Assembly: GCA_965216875.1 (NCBI GenBank) | Contig: OZ244207.1 | Location: 6,688,001-6,752,000 of the forward strand | Direction: 5' to 3' | DNA: 64,000 nt | Source of the DNA: Rubripirellula sp. | GTDB taxonomy: Bacteria; Planctomycetota; Planctomycetia; Pirellulales; Pirellulaceae | Part shown: positions 17,916 through 28,367 of the stretch, piece after piece | Position numbering within the stretch: the first letter of the stretch is position 1 | Layout of the letters: each line of letters starts with the position of its first letter | Notes under the pieces: model-generated | The model's input: only the letters and a program-made list of their open reading frames with translations | What the model was told of the DNA's origin: nothing | Databases searched by the model: none | Program-made: the position numbers and the translations under genes

Positions 17916-20900
17916 TTAATCCAGTTCAGTGAAGAGTTCGTCGACGGCGAGTTCGTACTTGGTTCTCTCTGTCGCTTGGGGCAAGACCTGAGACTTCACC
18001 GTTCTGCTTGGTGTATCAAACGAGGCAACCTTTCGTTTGATGGTCGAATCCAATTCAACGTCGGACGGTGACTGCGCGGTTTGATTCAAAGTCGAACTCT
18101 TGAGTTCAGCGTTCGACTCGCGCGGCGCGACCATTTGTTCGCTTTCCAGTGCGTTGTTCGCTGAAAGGATTGCCAGTGCGTTGATCACGCGAAGCGCGTC
18201 GAGAGCGGTTGCTTTATCGTCGCCGTTTTGGTCGTAGTACGCGCCGGGCCAATGAGCGACCGAGAGCGGGTCATCGAGTTGCGACGTGTCTCGATCAGAA
18301 AAGATCCTGGCGCCCAGTTCGTTGATGATCGCGAGTGCATCGAGTGCGGTCACGTCGCCGCTATTGTTGACATCACTTACGCTTACCGCGTTTTGCCAAG
18401 CGTGCGGCAGGTCGACTTGGACGTGTGCACTGCCACCTGCAATGTTTTCGATCGATCGTATGAAGCGTCCGTCGATGATCGATGGGTCTGCCATTCGCCA
18501 ATCGTCTTGATCAGCAAACAAGACGCGGTCGTCATCAGATTCACCAGGCTCGCCGCCGCCACCTTTGACAAACAGGCTTTGTGTTTGAGGCGCGAGGCGG
18601 GCTATGCTGGCCGCATCGATCACAATCGAGTTGGCATGTTCGTTGTCACCCAAGTCGACCGCGTGAAAGTTCATCGCGTCGATGGACCCGTTTTGCGTGA
18701 AGTCGACTTGGCCACTCGCACCCGTGAGGCGCAGCCAGTTCTCTCCTTCACCGCCACTGATGACAAGGCCACCGAGTGGATCGGGGAGTCCTCCGCTTAG
18801 GTCGATCGCGACGGTGGCGTCGGAATCGGGCGCAAGCAGGTCGATGAGGTTTCCGTTGTCTCGTCCAGAGGCAAAGAGTTCCGTTTCGCCATCGTGAACG
18901 ACGAACCGATCGCCTTGGACAACAAGGGTCGTCTCCTCGCTGATCGGATTGATCTTCGCGGTCGACGATGAGTCACCAATTTGGAAGATGTAGTCTTCGA
19001 CTTCGCCATCGGTTGCCAGTCCTGTGGGCGCGAGCCCGCCGAAACTGCTCAGCCGAAACCGGGCCGCAACCGAACCGGCGACGGCGTTCGGGGGGACTTC
19101 GAAGCTGAGCGTGTTGCTGCCGGGCGAGACACGGGCGCGGTCGATGATGCGTTCGTTCTCGGACCAAGTCCCGTTTCCGTCAAAGTCAATCCAGGCGTCG
19201 AGTCGACCGAAGGTCGTCGCCAACGCCTCCAAGCTCGCTTTGGAGTGCGACCCCGTGACAATGGAGCTGATCAAAGAGATTCCGTCGTCGCCATCGTCCT
19301 CGGTAGCATTTTCGCTTGATTGGCCATCTTGTTCGGCATCGACGAGATGACCTAATGCAAGCGACGTGACAGGGTGTCGGGCACCATCGTCGGCCAATAC
19401 GCTCGGGAACGATGGGGGAGCATCTCCAAAATCAAGACCTTGGACTTCGATCGCTCCGATGTCGATGCGACCCCCTACCACTCGGCGCGCGTTCGGACCG
19501 CGTTGATCCCATGGGAGGTTCGCGTCATCGAAATTGAGTTCGCCCGCATTGATGGCGGGGCTCCCTGGCAACGGAACGTGCACCGGTTGATGGCCGTTGT
19601 AAGCGAACAAGCGATCCAAATTGGGGTCACCGTTATTCGCGATGATGAGACTCGTGTTGACTTCGCTTCCAATAGGCCCGTTCGTTTCAACGATGTTCGA
19701 TCGCTCGATGCCCGTTACCGAACCTTCCGCTATCTCGGCGTCGCTATCAGCGTTCGAATCGGAAAGGATAGTGTTGGCAAGATACAGTTCGGCCGCCATT
19801 CCTGACTGGTAGTAGGCACCTGCGATGGATTGGCCCGCGTCGCTGCCCTGCCCTGCGTCGGCATGATTCAATGCGATCGTGCTGTTTTCGATCGTCACGC
19901 TACCGTTGCGGTTATGGATTCCGCCACCCATCGCGTCGCCACGATTGGCGCGTTGGAATGTGCTCGAGTCATAGCCCCCGACGCCACCGGTGGCACGGTT
20001 GCCTGAGAGCGTCGAATTCTTGACCCACAGGATCCCGCCGTCGTTGAAGATCGCCCCACCCAAAGCATCGCCACCGCGGCCGGCCGGAGAGACGTCTGAC
20101 GCTCCCCTTCCTCCGCGAGCCTGATTCGAAGCAAGCGTGGAGTTGATGATCGTCGTCGTTCCTTGATTTAGGATCGCGCCACCGAATCCAACGCCAGCGT
20201 CAATTCCATTGCCACCCGATTCGAAGACGCCGTTTGATCCGACGATCGATCCGCCAGCGAGGTACAAGTCGTCAAGCGTGAGCGTGGCGCCCGGATGCAC
20301 ATGGAAGAATCGCATGGAGGGCGCGTTTGCGGTCCGGATCAGGTTGACCGAATAGTTCGATGGCCCGACGATTGCGACAGAAGAAGTGATTTCAAATGCC
20401 GTGGCACCATTGGATGTCGCTGATGGAAAATCGAGATCGAGAAAGAGATTCGCAAACTCGGACAATTCTTCCGAGAACGTAATGGTGCTTTCACCGACGC
20501 TTCCGTTCGAAGCATCGATCGCCTCACGGAGGCTGGTGAGACCATCGTTTGGGTCAACGATGTCGCTGGAGGTTGTCACGACGAAGTGTGGCGGCGCAAC
20601 CTGTTGGCGTTCATAGGCGCCGATGTCGACGCCGCCTCCATCGTCGCGCCGGAACGGCACGCCGCGCTGGTCGGACACCGACCGAGATTCACCGGTGTCA
20701 ATCGCAGGACTGTCCTCCTCGAGCGCGTGCGTAGGCGTAGGGCCGCCGTTGAAGGCCAGCGGGCTTAATCCAGGATCAAGCACACCCAGCTGGTTGTTGT
20801 TTTCGCCATCGACAAGGGTGAAGGGCCCCGGGATTCCGATCAAGCTCGATTCGGCCGCAAGCAAAGCACCATCAACCTCGAGAAATTCGTCAGGAGTGCC

Positions 20901-22964
20901 ATCGGCGAGTGCGTTGCCGGCAATGATGGAATTTCGGACGGTGATGTTGGCGTTAAAGTGCGAGTAGAGTGCACCGCCCCCGGTGCCGGCCGTATTGCCT
21001 GTGACGGTCGAATCCTCGATGGTTAACTTTCCCATGTGGGCGATGGCACCACCGTACAAATCAGCTTGGTTGCCAGAGAGAGTGCTGCTCTTGATCCATA
21101 CTTCGTGATTGCCATCGCTTCCGATCGACAGTCCGCCGCCAGTAATGGCGGAGTTGCCGGAGACGGTGCTCTGCTCGACCACGAGACGCTCGCCCGAGAA
21201 TCGGATGCCGGAACCGTTGTTGTTTTCGATGATGGACGATCGAACCGTTAAATCGTCGAACGAACGAATCGCTGAGCTACGAGCGTTGGTCAACGTGACG
21301 CCCGAAACTTCCAGACTTGCCGCTGTGTCGAAACCAAAAGGGTTTGCGAAGAAAATCGGCGCACGGTCGGCACCATCAAGCGTCAGCATCCTGGCACCAG
21401 GACCGGTGATTACCGTGTCATCGTTGACTTCGATTTCACCAACAGCAAGAACGATGTTTGCTGGGCCATTGGCGAAGAGATTGGGGTCGAATGTGATCAC
21501 CTGTGTGCCTGAGGTTTGATTGGCAAAGGTGACAGCATCCCGAAGGGTAACTTCGCTGTCGGTCAGGTCCGCAAAGTCGTCGTTGAGCGAGTTCACGACC
21601 AGCGGGTTGTAGTCGGCTTCCACCGCACCGATGTCGACGGCCATGGCGCGGCGACGTGGGAATTCGAAACCACGCTGGTCAAATGGCTCAGCGGAAATGA
21701 GTGCATCGTTCGCCGCGTCGACGGCGGGATTGTTTAGGCTGATCACCAATGCGTGAGTCAATGTGTTGCCGCCGTTGTCGGCTAAGTTGGCTTCAATCAC
21801 GGGTGTCGTCGTCGTATCAACGTTGGCGAGGTCGGAGTCGCCCAGGAATCCTGATCCGTTGTCGTCAAGCAGGTTGTTGCCGAGTGACACGACGCTCGCC
21901 GTGGAGTTGTCGCCCAACGCGATCGCGGTGAAGTTGTCTTGGTCGCGCGGCGACTGATTGCCAACCAGTAGCGTATTGCCAACCTCAAAACGAGCGCTGC
22001 CGCCAGCTTGTGCCTCGACATGAATCGCGCGATCCACCGTGGTCTGGTTTTGCGTGATGGTTGAGTTGATGACCTGGACGACGTCTTGCTGCGACCCTGA
22101 TCCAAAACTCAGGATCGCGGAGCCTCGGATCGCAGATGAGTTCCCGCTAAGCGTGCTGTTGCGGATTTGAGTGCTGTTGTTTGAAGACAGTATGGCACCA
22201 CCAAAGGGTGCGCTGTTGCCCGCGAAGGTCGATGACTCGACCAATAAGCTGCCTGACGAACTCGCCAGTCCTCCTCCGCTATCGGTCAGCGATTGATTGT
22301 TCGCGACCATTGAATCGGTGACGAACGAAGTTCCAAACGACATGATGCCGCCACCCGAGTTGGTGGACCTGTTGTTGGATACTTTGGACGCATGAACCGA
22401 TAGGTTCGACAAGGCCGCGATGCCTCCGCCCCGATCACTCGAGAAGTTGTCGTTAACGGAAACTTCGTTGAGCGATAAGCGACTGTTGAAACCACCGTCG
22501 ACCAACAGACCGCCGCCAAACGTGTCTCGTCCGCCGGTGATCGTTAGATTGAGAAGACTAACGTCGGCGTCGCCAAAGACATGCAAGACACGTTCACCGA
22601 TTCCCGTTTCGCCGCCCGCGCTGATGATGGTTTGATCGATACCGTTGCCCCAGAAGGTAATGCGACCAGAGAAGATGTCGAGGTCGCCGGCGACGTTGTT
22701 GTTTTCAGGCGTCGCGGAGACGCGAGTGAGCAGGAACTCATTGCCGATGCCGCTTGCGAACGTGATGTCGTCGCGATCGTCAGTATTGTTCGACGCAAGG
22801 TCGATTGCTTCGCGTAGACTGATCACCCCATCGTCGGGATCGACGATGTCCAGCGTCGTTGTGACTTCGATGAAAGCCAAAAGACGACGTTGTTCGAGCG
22901 GTTCCAACAGGTGACGACGTTTCGAATTTCGTCGTGCACGCCGATTTGACGAGGAACGCGACAT
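17916..22964 (-). CDS. Large surface/secreted protein (1682 aa): planctomycete N-terminal motif, 3x CSLREA/choice-of-anchor-Q beta-helix units, GEVED, dockerin
   Basis: RRHLLEPLEQRRLLA; SLREAI/TLRDAV/SLREAI; three PAID..DQRG..DIGA.E ends; GEVEDY; DVNNSGDVTALDAL and DQNGDDKATALDAL. Confidence 0.9.
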   Translation of the reverse strand: MSRSSSNRRARRNSKRRHLLEPLEQRRLLAFIEVTTTLDIVDPDDGVISLREAIDLASNNTDDRDDITFASGIGNEFLLTRVSATPENNNVAGDLDIFSGRITFWGNGIDQTIISAGGETGIGERVLHVFGDADVSLLNLTITGGRDTFGGGLLVDGGFNSRLSLNEVSVNDNFSSDRGGGIAALSNLSVHASKVSNNRSTNSGGGIMSFGTSFVTDSMVANNQSLTDSGGGLASSSGSLLVESSTFAGNSAPFGGAILSSNNSTQIRNSTLSGNSSAIRGSAILSFGSGSQQDVVQVINSTITQNQTTVDRAIHVEAQAGGSARFEVGNTLLVGNQSPRDQDNFTAIALGDNSTASVVSLGNNLLDDNGSGFLGDSDLANVDTTTTPVIEANLADNGGNTLTHALVISLNNPAVDAANDALISAEPFDQRGFEFPRRRAMAVDIGAVEADYNPLVVNSLNDDFADLTDSEVTLRDAVTFANQTSGTQVITFDPNLFANGPANIVLAVGEIEVNDDTVITGPGARMLTLDGADRAPIFFANPFGFDTAASLEVSGVTLTNARSSAIRSFDDLTVRSSIIENNNGSGIRFSGERLVVEQSTVSGNSAITGGGLSIGSDGNHEVWIKSSTLSGNQADLYGGAIAHMGKLTIEDSTVTGNTAGTGGGALYSHFNANITVRNSIIAGNALADGTPDEFLEVDGALLAAESSLIGIPGPFTLVDGENNNQLGVLDPGLSPLAFNGGPTPTHALEEDSPAIDTGESRSVSDQRGVPFRRDDGGGVDIGAYERQQVAPPHFVVTTSSDIVDPNDGLTSLREAIDASNGSVGESTITFSEELSEFANLFLDLDFPSATSNGATAFEITSSVAIVGPSNYSVNLIRTANAPSMRFFHVHPGATLTLDDLYLAGGSIVGSNGVFESGGNGIDAGVGFGGAILNQGTTTIINSTLASNQARGGRGASDVSPAGRGGDALGGAIFNDGGILWVKNSTLSGNRATGGVGGYDSSTFQRANRGDAMGGGIHNRNGSVTIENSTIALNHADAGQGSDAGQSIAGAYYQSGMAAELYLANTILSDSNADSDAEIAEGSVTGIERSNIVETNGPIGSEVNTSLIIANNGDPNLDRLFAYNGHQPVHVPLPGSPAINAGELNFDDANLPWDQRGPNARRVVGGRIDIGAIEVQGLDFGDAPPSFPSVLADDGARHPVTSLALGHLVDAEQDGQSSENATEDDGDDGISLISSIVTGSHSKASLEALATTFGRLDAWIDFDGNGTWSENERIIDRARVSPGSNTLSFEVPPNAVAGSVAARFRLSSFGGLAPTGLATDGEVEDYIFQIGDSSSTAKINPISEETTLVVQGDRFVVHDGETELFASGRDNGNLIDLLAPDSDATVAIDLSGGLPDPLGGLVISGGEGENWLRLTGASGQVDFTQNGSIDAMNFHAVDLGDNEHANSIVIDAASIARLAPQTQSLFVKGGGGEPGESDDDRVLFADQDDWRMADPSIIDGRFIRSIENIAGGSAHVQVDLPHAWQNAVSVSDVNNSGDVTALDALAIINELGARIFSDRDTSQLDDPLSVAHWPGAYYDQNGDDKATALDALRVINALAILSANNALESEQMVAPRESNAELKSSTLNQTAQSPSDVELDSTIKRKVASFDTPSRTVKSQVLPQATERTKYELAVDELFTELD

Positions 22965-23123
22965 AGTGCGAGCAAATGACGAGGCCGGAAATTGCGCAGG
23001 CGGGTCATCTTCCCACCAAGACGAACTGTATGTTAGCTCGGACCGAGACGCCTTGCCGAAATGGCCGCCGCAATCGGAGCCTGGCTCCAGACCAAGCTCT
23101 GGCAGACGTGCCTATGTGTTCGC

Positions 23124-24596
23124 CTACGCAAAGAGGTTTAGCGACGGCAGACCGGTGAAGTTGATCAGGTTGGGTAGCACTTCAAGAAGCGACGACGGTG
23201 GCACGCCAAACCACTGGACGATTTCGCTGTAGTACTGATCGACCGACGTGGTTGGGATGAGTCGTCCGCGACCGACGTTGATTGACGAACCGGTGCCATC
23301 GACGGGATTGAGCAGCGAAGTTGGATAGTCGCCGCGAATGTTGCCGCCAGCGATGGGGCCACCAAGAACGAACTGATTGCCGCCCCAGGCGTGATCGGAA
23401 CCTTGACCATTGCTTGAGAGGGTTCGAGCGAAGTCTGAGGCGCTAAAGGTCACGACGTCGTTGGCGACATTCAGCTCTTCGGTTGCTTCGTAGAACGAGC
23501 TGACCGCGCGGCTGAGTCGATCCAGCAGTGGGCCGTGTCCGGTCAATAGATTAGCGTGATTGTCGAATCCGCCGAGCTGCACGAAAAAGACTTGGCGTCG
23601 CTGACCAAGTGTTGCGCGGGCGCCGATGACTTGAGCGATCATCCGCATCTGTCGGCTCAGGTAATCGTTGGTGTCGAACGGAGTGTTGATGGTGACTGAG
23701 TTGACCGCATTGTTGAAGTCGATCGCGGCATCGATCGAAACGCGATGTGTTTCGGCGAACGTTTTGGAAAGCAAGTTGTTGTAGGTTTGCGATAACAACT
23801 CATCCTGCATCTGGCTGAATGCGCGATAGCGAATGCTGGTTGTTTGGCTTGGGTCGGAGTAATAGTTGCCGACCAACGTCGCGCCGTTGGTGCCAATGCT
23901 GTAGGGCGTGACCGTGTTGCCGGTTTGGAAAATGTTGACGCCCGACAGCGAGATGTTCATCGAGATCGATGACGGGTCGTTGCAGTCTTGCAACAGGTCG
24001 GACATGCGACCGCCCCACCCTTTCAATTGGGCTCGGTCCTGTGGGAAGCTCGTCATCCAGTGACGTTGCAGGTCGGCATGAGAGAAGAGTCCAAGCGGCA
24101 GGTTCGATTGGGCTCGGTACGCCGCAAGGGAGGTTGGTCGAATCAGTGAACCAACGTTGGCGGCGAAGGCGAGTTTGCCCGCGTCGTAAAGGCCTTTGAT
24201 TCCGTTGCCGCCACTGGCACTGCTGGCTCCGGTGACGTCCGAGGTGAAATCGGGGTGCAGACCAAACGTACGACCGCCCGGGCCAGCGATGGAATGGAAC
24301 GTGTTTTCGGCTAGCGCAATGCCACCGTTACCGACACCGCCGCGAACTGTGTTGTAGTCGCTGTATTCGTTGCCAAGCGGCGCCAACATGTTGTAGGAGT
24401 CGTTGCCACCATTGAGGAACAGACAAACGAGCGACTTGTAATCGTTCGGGTCCGTATCGTTGGCCATCGCTTGAGTCGCCTGCAGACTCAAAAACGTCGA
24501 GGCCATCGAGATGCTGCTTGTGATGCCGCACGCGGAGGCGGCTTTCAAAACGGCGCGTCGCGAAGGATGCTGCTTGTTTTTGTCTTTGATGATCAT
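23124..24596 (-). CDS. DUF1501 family protein, Tat signal (copy B)
   Basis: SRRAVLK, YKSLVCLFLNGGND, LFSHAD, GGFDNH, SDFART and GSDHAWG motifs. Confidence 0.9.
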   Translation of the reverse strand: MIIKDKNKQHPSRRAVLKAASACGITSSISMASTFLSLQATQAMANDTDPNDYKSLVCLFLNGGNDSYNMLAPLGNEYSDYNTVRGGVGNGGIALAENTFHSIAGPGGRTFGLHPDFTSDVTGASSASGGNGIKGLYDAGKLAFAANVGSLIRPTSLAAYRAQSNLPLGLFSHADLQRHWMTSFPQDRAQLKGWGGRMSDLLQDCNDPSSISMNISLSGVNIFQTGNTVTPYSIGTNGATLVGNYYSDPSQTTSIRYRAFSQMQDELLSQTYNNLLSKTFAETHRVSIDAAIDFNNAVNSVTINTPFDTNDYLSRQMRMIAQVIGARATLGQRRQVFFVQLGGFDNHANLLTGHGPLLDRLSRAVSSFYEATEELNVANDVVTFSASDFARTLSSNGQGSDHAWGGNQFVLGGPIAGGNIRGDYPTSLLNPVDGTGSSINVGRGRLIPTTSVDQYYSEIVQWFGVPPSSLLEVLPNLINFTGLPSLNLFA

Positions 24597-24658
24597 GGCG
24601 ATTGCCTAGGGTGGCGGCAGTGAATTGGCTTGTGTGAAACGACAGCGAGCTCGCGTGG

Positions 24659-26572
24659 TTATTCTTCGACGGCACAATCGGGCGAAAGGATCACCGCAAG
24701 GAGTGCCTCTTCCAATCGAACTTCCGCATGGAACGAGCTCGACGTTGATGAAGCGTGCTGGTTAAGTGCTGCGATGATGGCGGCCTTGGTTTGTTCACTG
24801 AGTGAACCGCAGCAGAAAAGCAGGTCCCACTTGGCGAGCAGGTCGGGCATGTTGGCCGGGTCTTGGGCGAGTACCGCTTCGTCGTCGAGATCGAGTGTGA
24901 TCCGGTTGGTCAGAACCGTCGTGCCGTTGTTGTAGAACGTGTTTTGTACGTACCGATTGCGAATCCAGCTTTGGAATCGATTGATGGTGCGATTGGCCGT
25001 CACAGCGTCAAGGATTTGGAATTCAGGTGCGAACAACGCTCCATGCGGGTTTCGCTTTGAGGGCACAAATCCGATGATCTCGCCAGGCGGTTGGAACTCG
25101 GGCAGGTAAAAGTTGAACACGCTTGGCGAGCGATACGGCGATTGACCAAAGTCGCCTTCTACATTCCTCAGCATCATGAAACCGCCGCTGTAGTCGCTTG
25201 ACGGGTTGAGTCCGCGAATCAACGAGGTGATGCGAAGGATAGGTTCGCGAAGGCGGCTGTATTCGCTGCCGCGTGTGACGACTTCGACGCGAAGCGGATT
25301 CGATTTTCGTTGCAGGCGTTGACTGCGGTAAAGTTCAGGGTCGAGCAAGATCGCTTTGACAACCGCCTTGAAGTCGCCCCGTTCTCCTTCGCCGTTGTCA
25401 TTGAACTTGCGAACCACACGACGCATGTAGGCTCGTGATGGATTCGACTTGACCATCCGCTGAATCAACAGTCGGCAGATGAACGGACCGACGTTGGGAT
25501 GGTTGGAAAGAACATCAAGGCCTTCATTGATCTCATCAATGACTTGTTGTTCAGTGGGGTTGGTTGGAATGGGCGAAAGCGTTGTGCCGAACAGGCGTTT
25601 GTGAGCCGGTGCGTTGGGATCTACTTGGCCTGGATTGAAGGGGTCTTCGGCGTAGTTCAAGTTGTTGTCGTGCTCGGGCGCCCAAATCCGCATCTGCTCG
25701 TTCAGGTTGAGCGGACCAAAAATGTTTGAGTTGGGATTGTTGTACTTGAAGCCTGTGAACAAACGAGCGAGCGTTTTGATCTCTTCGTTGGTATACGTCG
25801 GGATGATGTTGCCACTCGAGTTTGTCTTGAGCCGGCCGTCGTTTTCGAGCAGGTAGAGACCGATCGAAAACAGTTGCATGATTTCGCGAGCGTAGTTTTC
25901 GTCGGGGAAGCGCCCATTGGGAACACTCGCGCGGCGATTGCGCAGGTGGCTCAAGTAAGTTCCCATCACTGGCGAGAAGGTCATGTCGCCGAGCAGGTCG
26001 CGATAGTTTCCGAATGCGTTGTCCACCAAGACTTCGTCGTAGTAGACCGTCGGTCCAAGCCATGAACCGAATCCCGAAAAGTCGGCATCGTTGTTGTTGA
26101 AACCGTTGCCTTGATCACTCGTCACAAAAATCTGCGAGAGTGCCCATGCGAACTTTTGGCGCAGTTGGTCATCGCTGCGAAGGGCCACGTCCCACCAAGC
26201 TTGGTGACGAACGCGAGGAACGTTGAATCCTTCGGCGTCGTGTTCGATGTTGTCGGCATCAAAGATGTCGAAGATGGTTTGTCGATGCGAAGTGGCTGGG
26301 ATGTCAAATTGGTCGTCAATCCATTCGCTACATGCGCGGCGATAACCGATCTGACGAATCCGCGCCGCGAGCGCGTCGATGTCGGCTTCGGTCGGTCCGA
26401 AGGTTGCCTTGGAAAGGAACTGAGCAGCACGGACCTTGCTGCGAATCTCGCGCACCTCACGCGAGTTGGCTGCTTCGAACGCGCCGGCGTCGACCGTTGG
26501 GATCGTGGGCACTGCAAAGAATGCAGCAAAAATGGCGACAAGCAGGATCCGTGTCCGTCCGCGTAGGGCCAT
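24659..26572 (-). CDS. DUF1800 family protein (copy B)
   Basis: Same motifs as copy A, including the identical SPDCAVEE C-terminus; signal peptide. Confidence 0.9.
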   Translation of the reverse strand: MALRGRTRILLVAIFAAFFAVPTIPTVDAGAFEAANSREVREIRSKVRAAQFLSKATFGPTEADIDALAARIRQIGYRRACSEWIDDQFDIPATSHRQTIFDIFDADNIEHDAEGFNVPRVRHQAWWDVALRSDDQLRQKFAWALSQIFVTSDQGNGFNNNDADFSGFGSWLGPTVYYDEVLVDNAFGNYRDLLGDMTFSPVMGTYLSHLRNRRASVPNGRFPDENYAREIMQLFSIGLYLLENDGRLKTNSSGNIIPTYTNEEIKTLARLFTGFKYNNPNSNIFGPLNLNEQMRIWAPEHDNNLNYAEDPFNPGQVDPNAPAHKRLFGTTLSPIPTNPTEQQVIDEINEGLDVLSNHPNVGPFICRLLIQRMVKSNPSRAYMRRVVRKFNDNGEGERGDFKAVVKAILLDPELYRSQRLQRKSNPLRVEVVTRGSEYSRLREPILRITSLIRGLNPSSDYSGGFMMLRNVEGDFGQSPYRSPSVFNFYLPEFQPPGEIIGFVPSKRNPHGALFAPEFQILDAVTANRTINRFQSWIRNRYVQNTFYNNGTTVLTNRITLDLDDEAVLAQDPANMPDLLAKWDLLFCCGSLSEQTKAAIIAALNQHASSTSSSFHAEVRLEEALLAVILSPDCAVEE

Positions 26573-26881
26573 GTTCGACACCGTTGCAAGATGATGGTTG
26601 GAGGGGAAGAGCTCGAGGCGAATCGGGCAAACCGATCGCTCAAGTAAGTAACGACCGAAAAGCCAAAATGCACCCAGACCCGCGTTGATGGTGGGATTTG
26701 GTAGCGATTTAGATTAGCCACCGTCTATCTCAGAAGCAATTGCATTGGCGACCAAACCACCCTGCGGGGTGCGTCTGTGGCGTATGACTTGCCCTCACAG
26801 CTTTCCCGTCCCTCCTTGTCGTGCGACTATCGAGCAAGTCTGATGGCACTCAATCGGTGCGTCTGTTGGGGGAAACGAACG

Positions 26882-28210
26882 ATGAGCGAAGTGAGTCTGG
26901 TGGTTTTGGTTGAGGCGGGAAAGCCGCGACATCTCGCGTGCGCCAGCTTCCAGCTTGTCCTTCCCGACGCACTTCTTTGGGGGCCCGAGGCGCTCCCGAC
27001 GATTGAGGAGATCGCCGAAGAAGTAAACGTCTGGCCACCTTTGGACGAGATTGGCTGTGTTGTCGCGATCGACAAAGTCAATCGTCGCATCGTGCGAGCC
27101 GGATCCTCTTTCAGCTTCGACACTCCTTATGAATTGGAGTTGTTTCAGCGGATGGTCGCCTCGGCTTGGAAAGGCTATCGGATTGAACCAGCGTCCATGA
27201 CGCGCGAGTCGCTCGAGAATTTGGTCGGCGACAGTCTGCCCGAGACCGACAGCCTGTTGGCGCGGCGTTTGGCGGCCAAGGCATTTCCCGGCTTCGCAGA
27301 TGACGAAGACGAGGATGAATACGACGACGAACCGGAAGCCGCCAACGACTTTCGTCGGCTGATGGGGCCCGATGGCGAAGCGCCCGAAGACGGAGAGGAT
27401 GGTCCGCCGGTTGATCGTTGGGACGAAGAGGATGAAAGCAGTGTTTGGGTGAGTGTGCGGTATGCCGACGATGATGCGGCGCACTTTAAACATTACTCCG
27501 GCAGTTTCGTTTGGGAGACGCTTGCCAGTTCCGGTCCCGACTTGCTCGATCGTTTACAGGAGATCCCAACATCGGATGTTCCGGAAGAGAATGAAACGTT
27601 CAACGGGATCGTCCTTGATGCAGTCGACAAGTCGATTGGTTACTGGTCGTTTCCGCGCGGACCGATCGACGCGGGTGAGTTTGGCAATGGTTGGTCCGAC
27701 TGGACGGTTGAACCTTGGCTCGAAAATGGTTTCCGCCGACAGTTGGAAGTGACCGGAGCGACCGACTTCATTCCGGTAAGCGACACAGCAGCGCTCGCCA
27801 GTTTCGTTCCGATGATGGCTGAGCAGACCGATCTTGAGGGCGTGATCGAAGAGATTCGTTCGAGCGTCCGTTCCTGTTCTCGCCGATCCTTCGGGTGCCT
27901 CGCCCTCGTTTTGGCTGTGCCCGCGTCGCTCGCTTGGCTGGTCAGTGGATCGTGGGAGGGGCCGTTCGCGTTCGCCTTTGGGTTATGGCTTGTGGCTTAC
28001 GTCGGTTACCGGGTGATGCTCGGGAAAATCAAAAGGGGACTCGCACCGATCACCGAGCAGCGGTTGGAACAGGAGGATGGTCATCTTCAAATAGCACCAG
28101 AAGAAAAAGAGGATCGAGTTGCATGGATCGATTCGGTCTTAACGGATGCGAAGCTGCCGAGTTTTGAGCAGATCACTTTTTTTGCCGAAGTCGATGATGA
28201 AGACGAATAG
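26882..28210 (+). CDS. Hypothetical acidic protein with two C-proximal TM helices
   Basis: Long ORF with D/E-rich tracts and a hydrophobic hairpin near the C-terminus. Confidence 0.75.
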   Translation: MSEVSLVVLVEAGKPRHLACASFQLVLPDALLWGPEALPTIEEIAEEVNVWPPLDEIGCVVAIDKVNRRIVRAGSSFSFDTPYELELFQRMVASAWKGYRIEPASMTRESLENLVGDSLPETDSLLARRLAAKAFPGFADDEDEDEYDDEPEAANDFRRLMGPDGEAPEDGEDGPPVDRWDEEDESSVWVSVRYADDDAAHFKHYSGSFVWETLASSGPDLLDRLQEIPTSDVPEENETFNGIVLDAVDKSIGYWSFPRGPIDAGEFGNGWSDWTVEPWLENGFRRQLEVTGATDFIPVSDTAALASFVPMMAEQTDLEGVIEEIRSSVRSCSRRSFGCLALVLAVPASLAWLVSGSWEGPFAFAFGLWLVAYVGYRVMLGKIKRGLAPITEQRLEQEDGHLQIAPEEKEDRVAWIDSVLTDAKLPSFEQITFFAEVDDEDE

Positions 28211-28258
28211 GCTGGGACAGTTCGTTGTCTTGGCCTGTTTGGCTTGGGACGGAAGAGA

Positions 28259-28352
28259 GTGAAGATCCCGGCTGAAGCCGGTACGAAGATCCTGGCTGAA
28301 GCTGGTACTACGAACAACTGTGAAGATTCCGGCTGAAGCCGGTACTACGAAC
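28259..28352 (-). repeat. Three tandem REPs (GTTCGTAGTACCRGCTTCAGCCRG family)
   Basis: GAAGATYCYGGCTGAAGCYGGTAC(TACGAAC) x3; reverse complement of the 13641/52925 family. Confidence 0.88.
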
Positions 28353-28367
28353 TAATCCTTAGAAGAC

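Noticed and set aside
28259..28352. Three palindromic repeats as a mini-CRISPR
   Set aside because: Spacers are only 0-6 nt and the same motif occurs singly at 13641 and 52925, so it is a REP.
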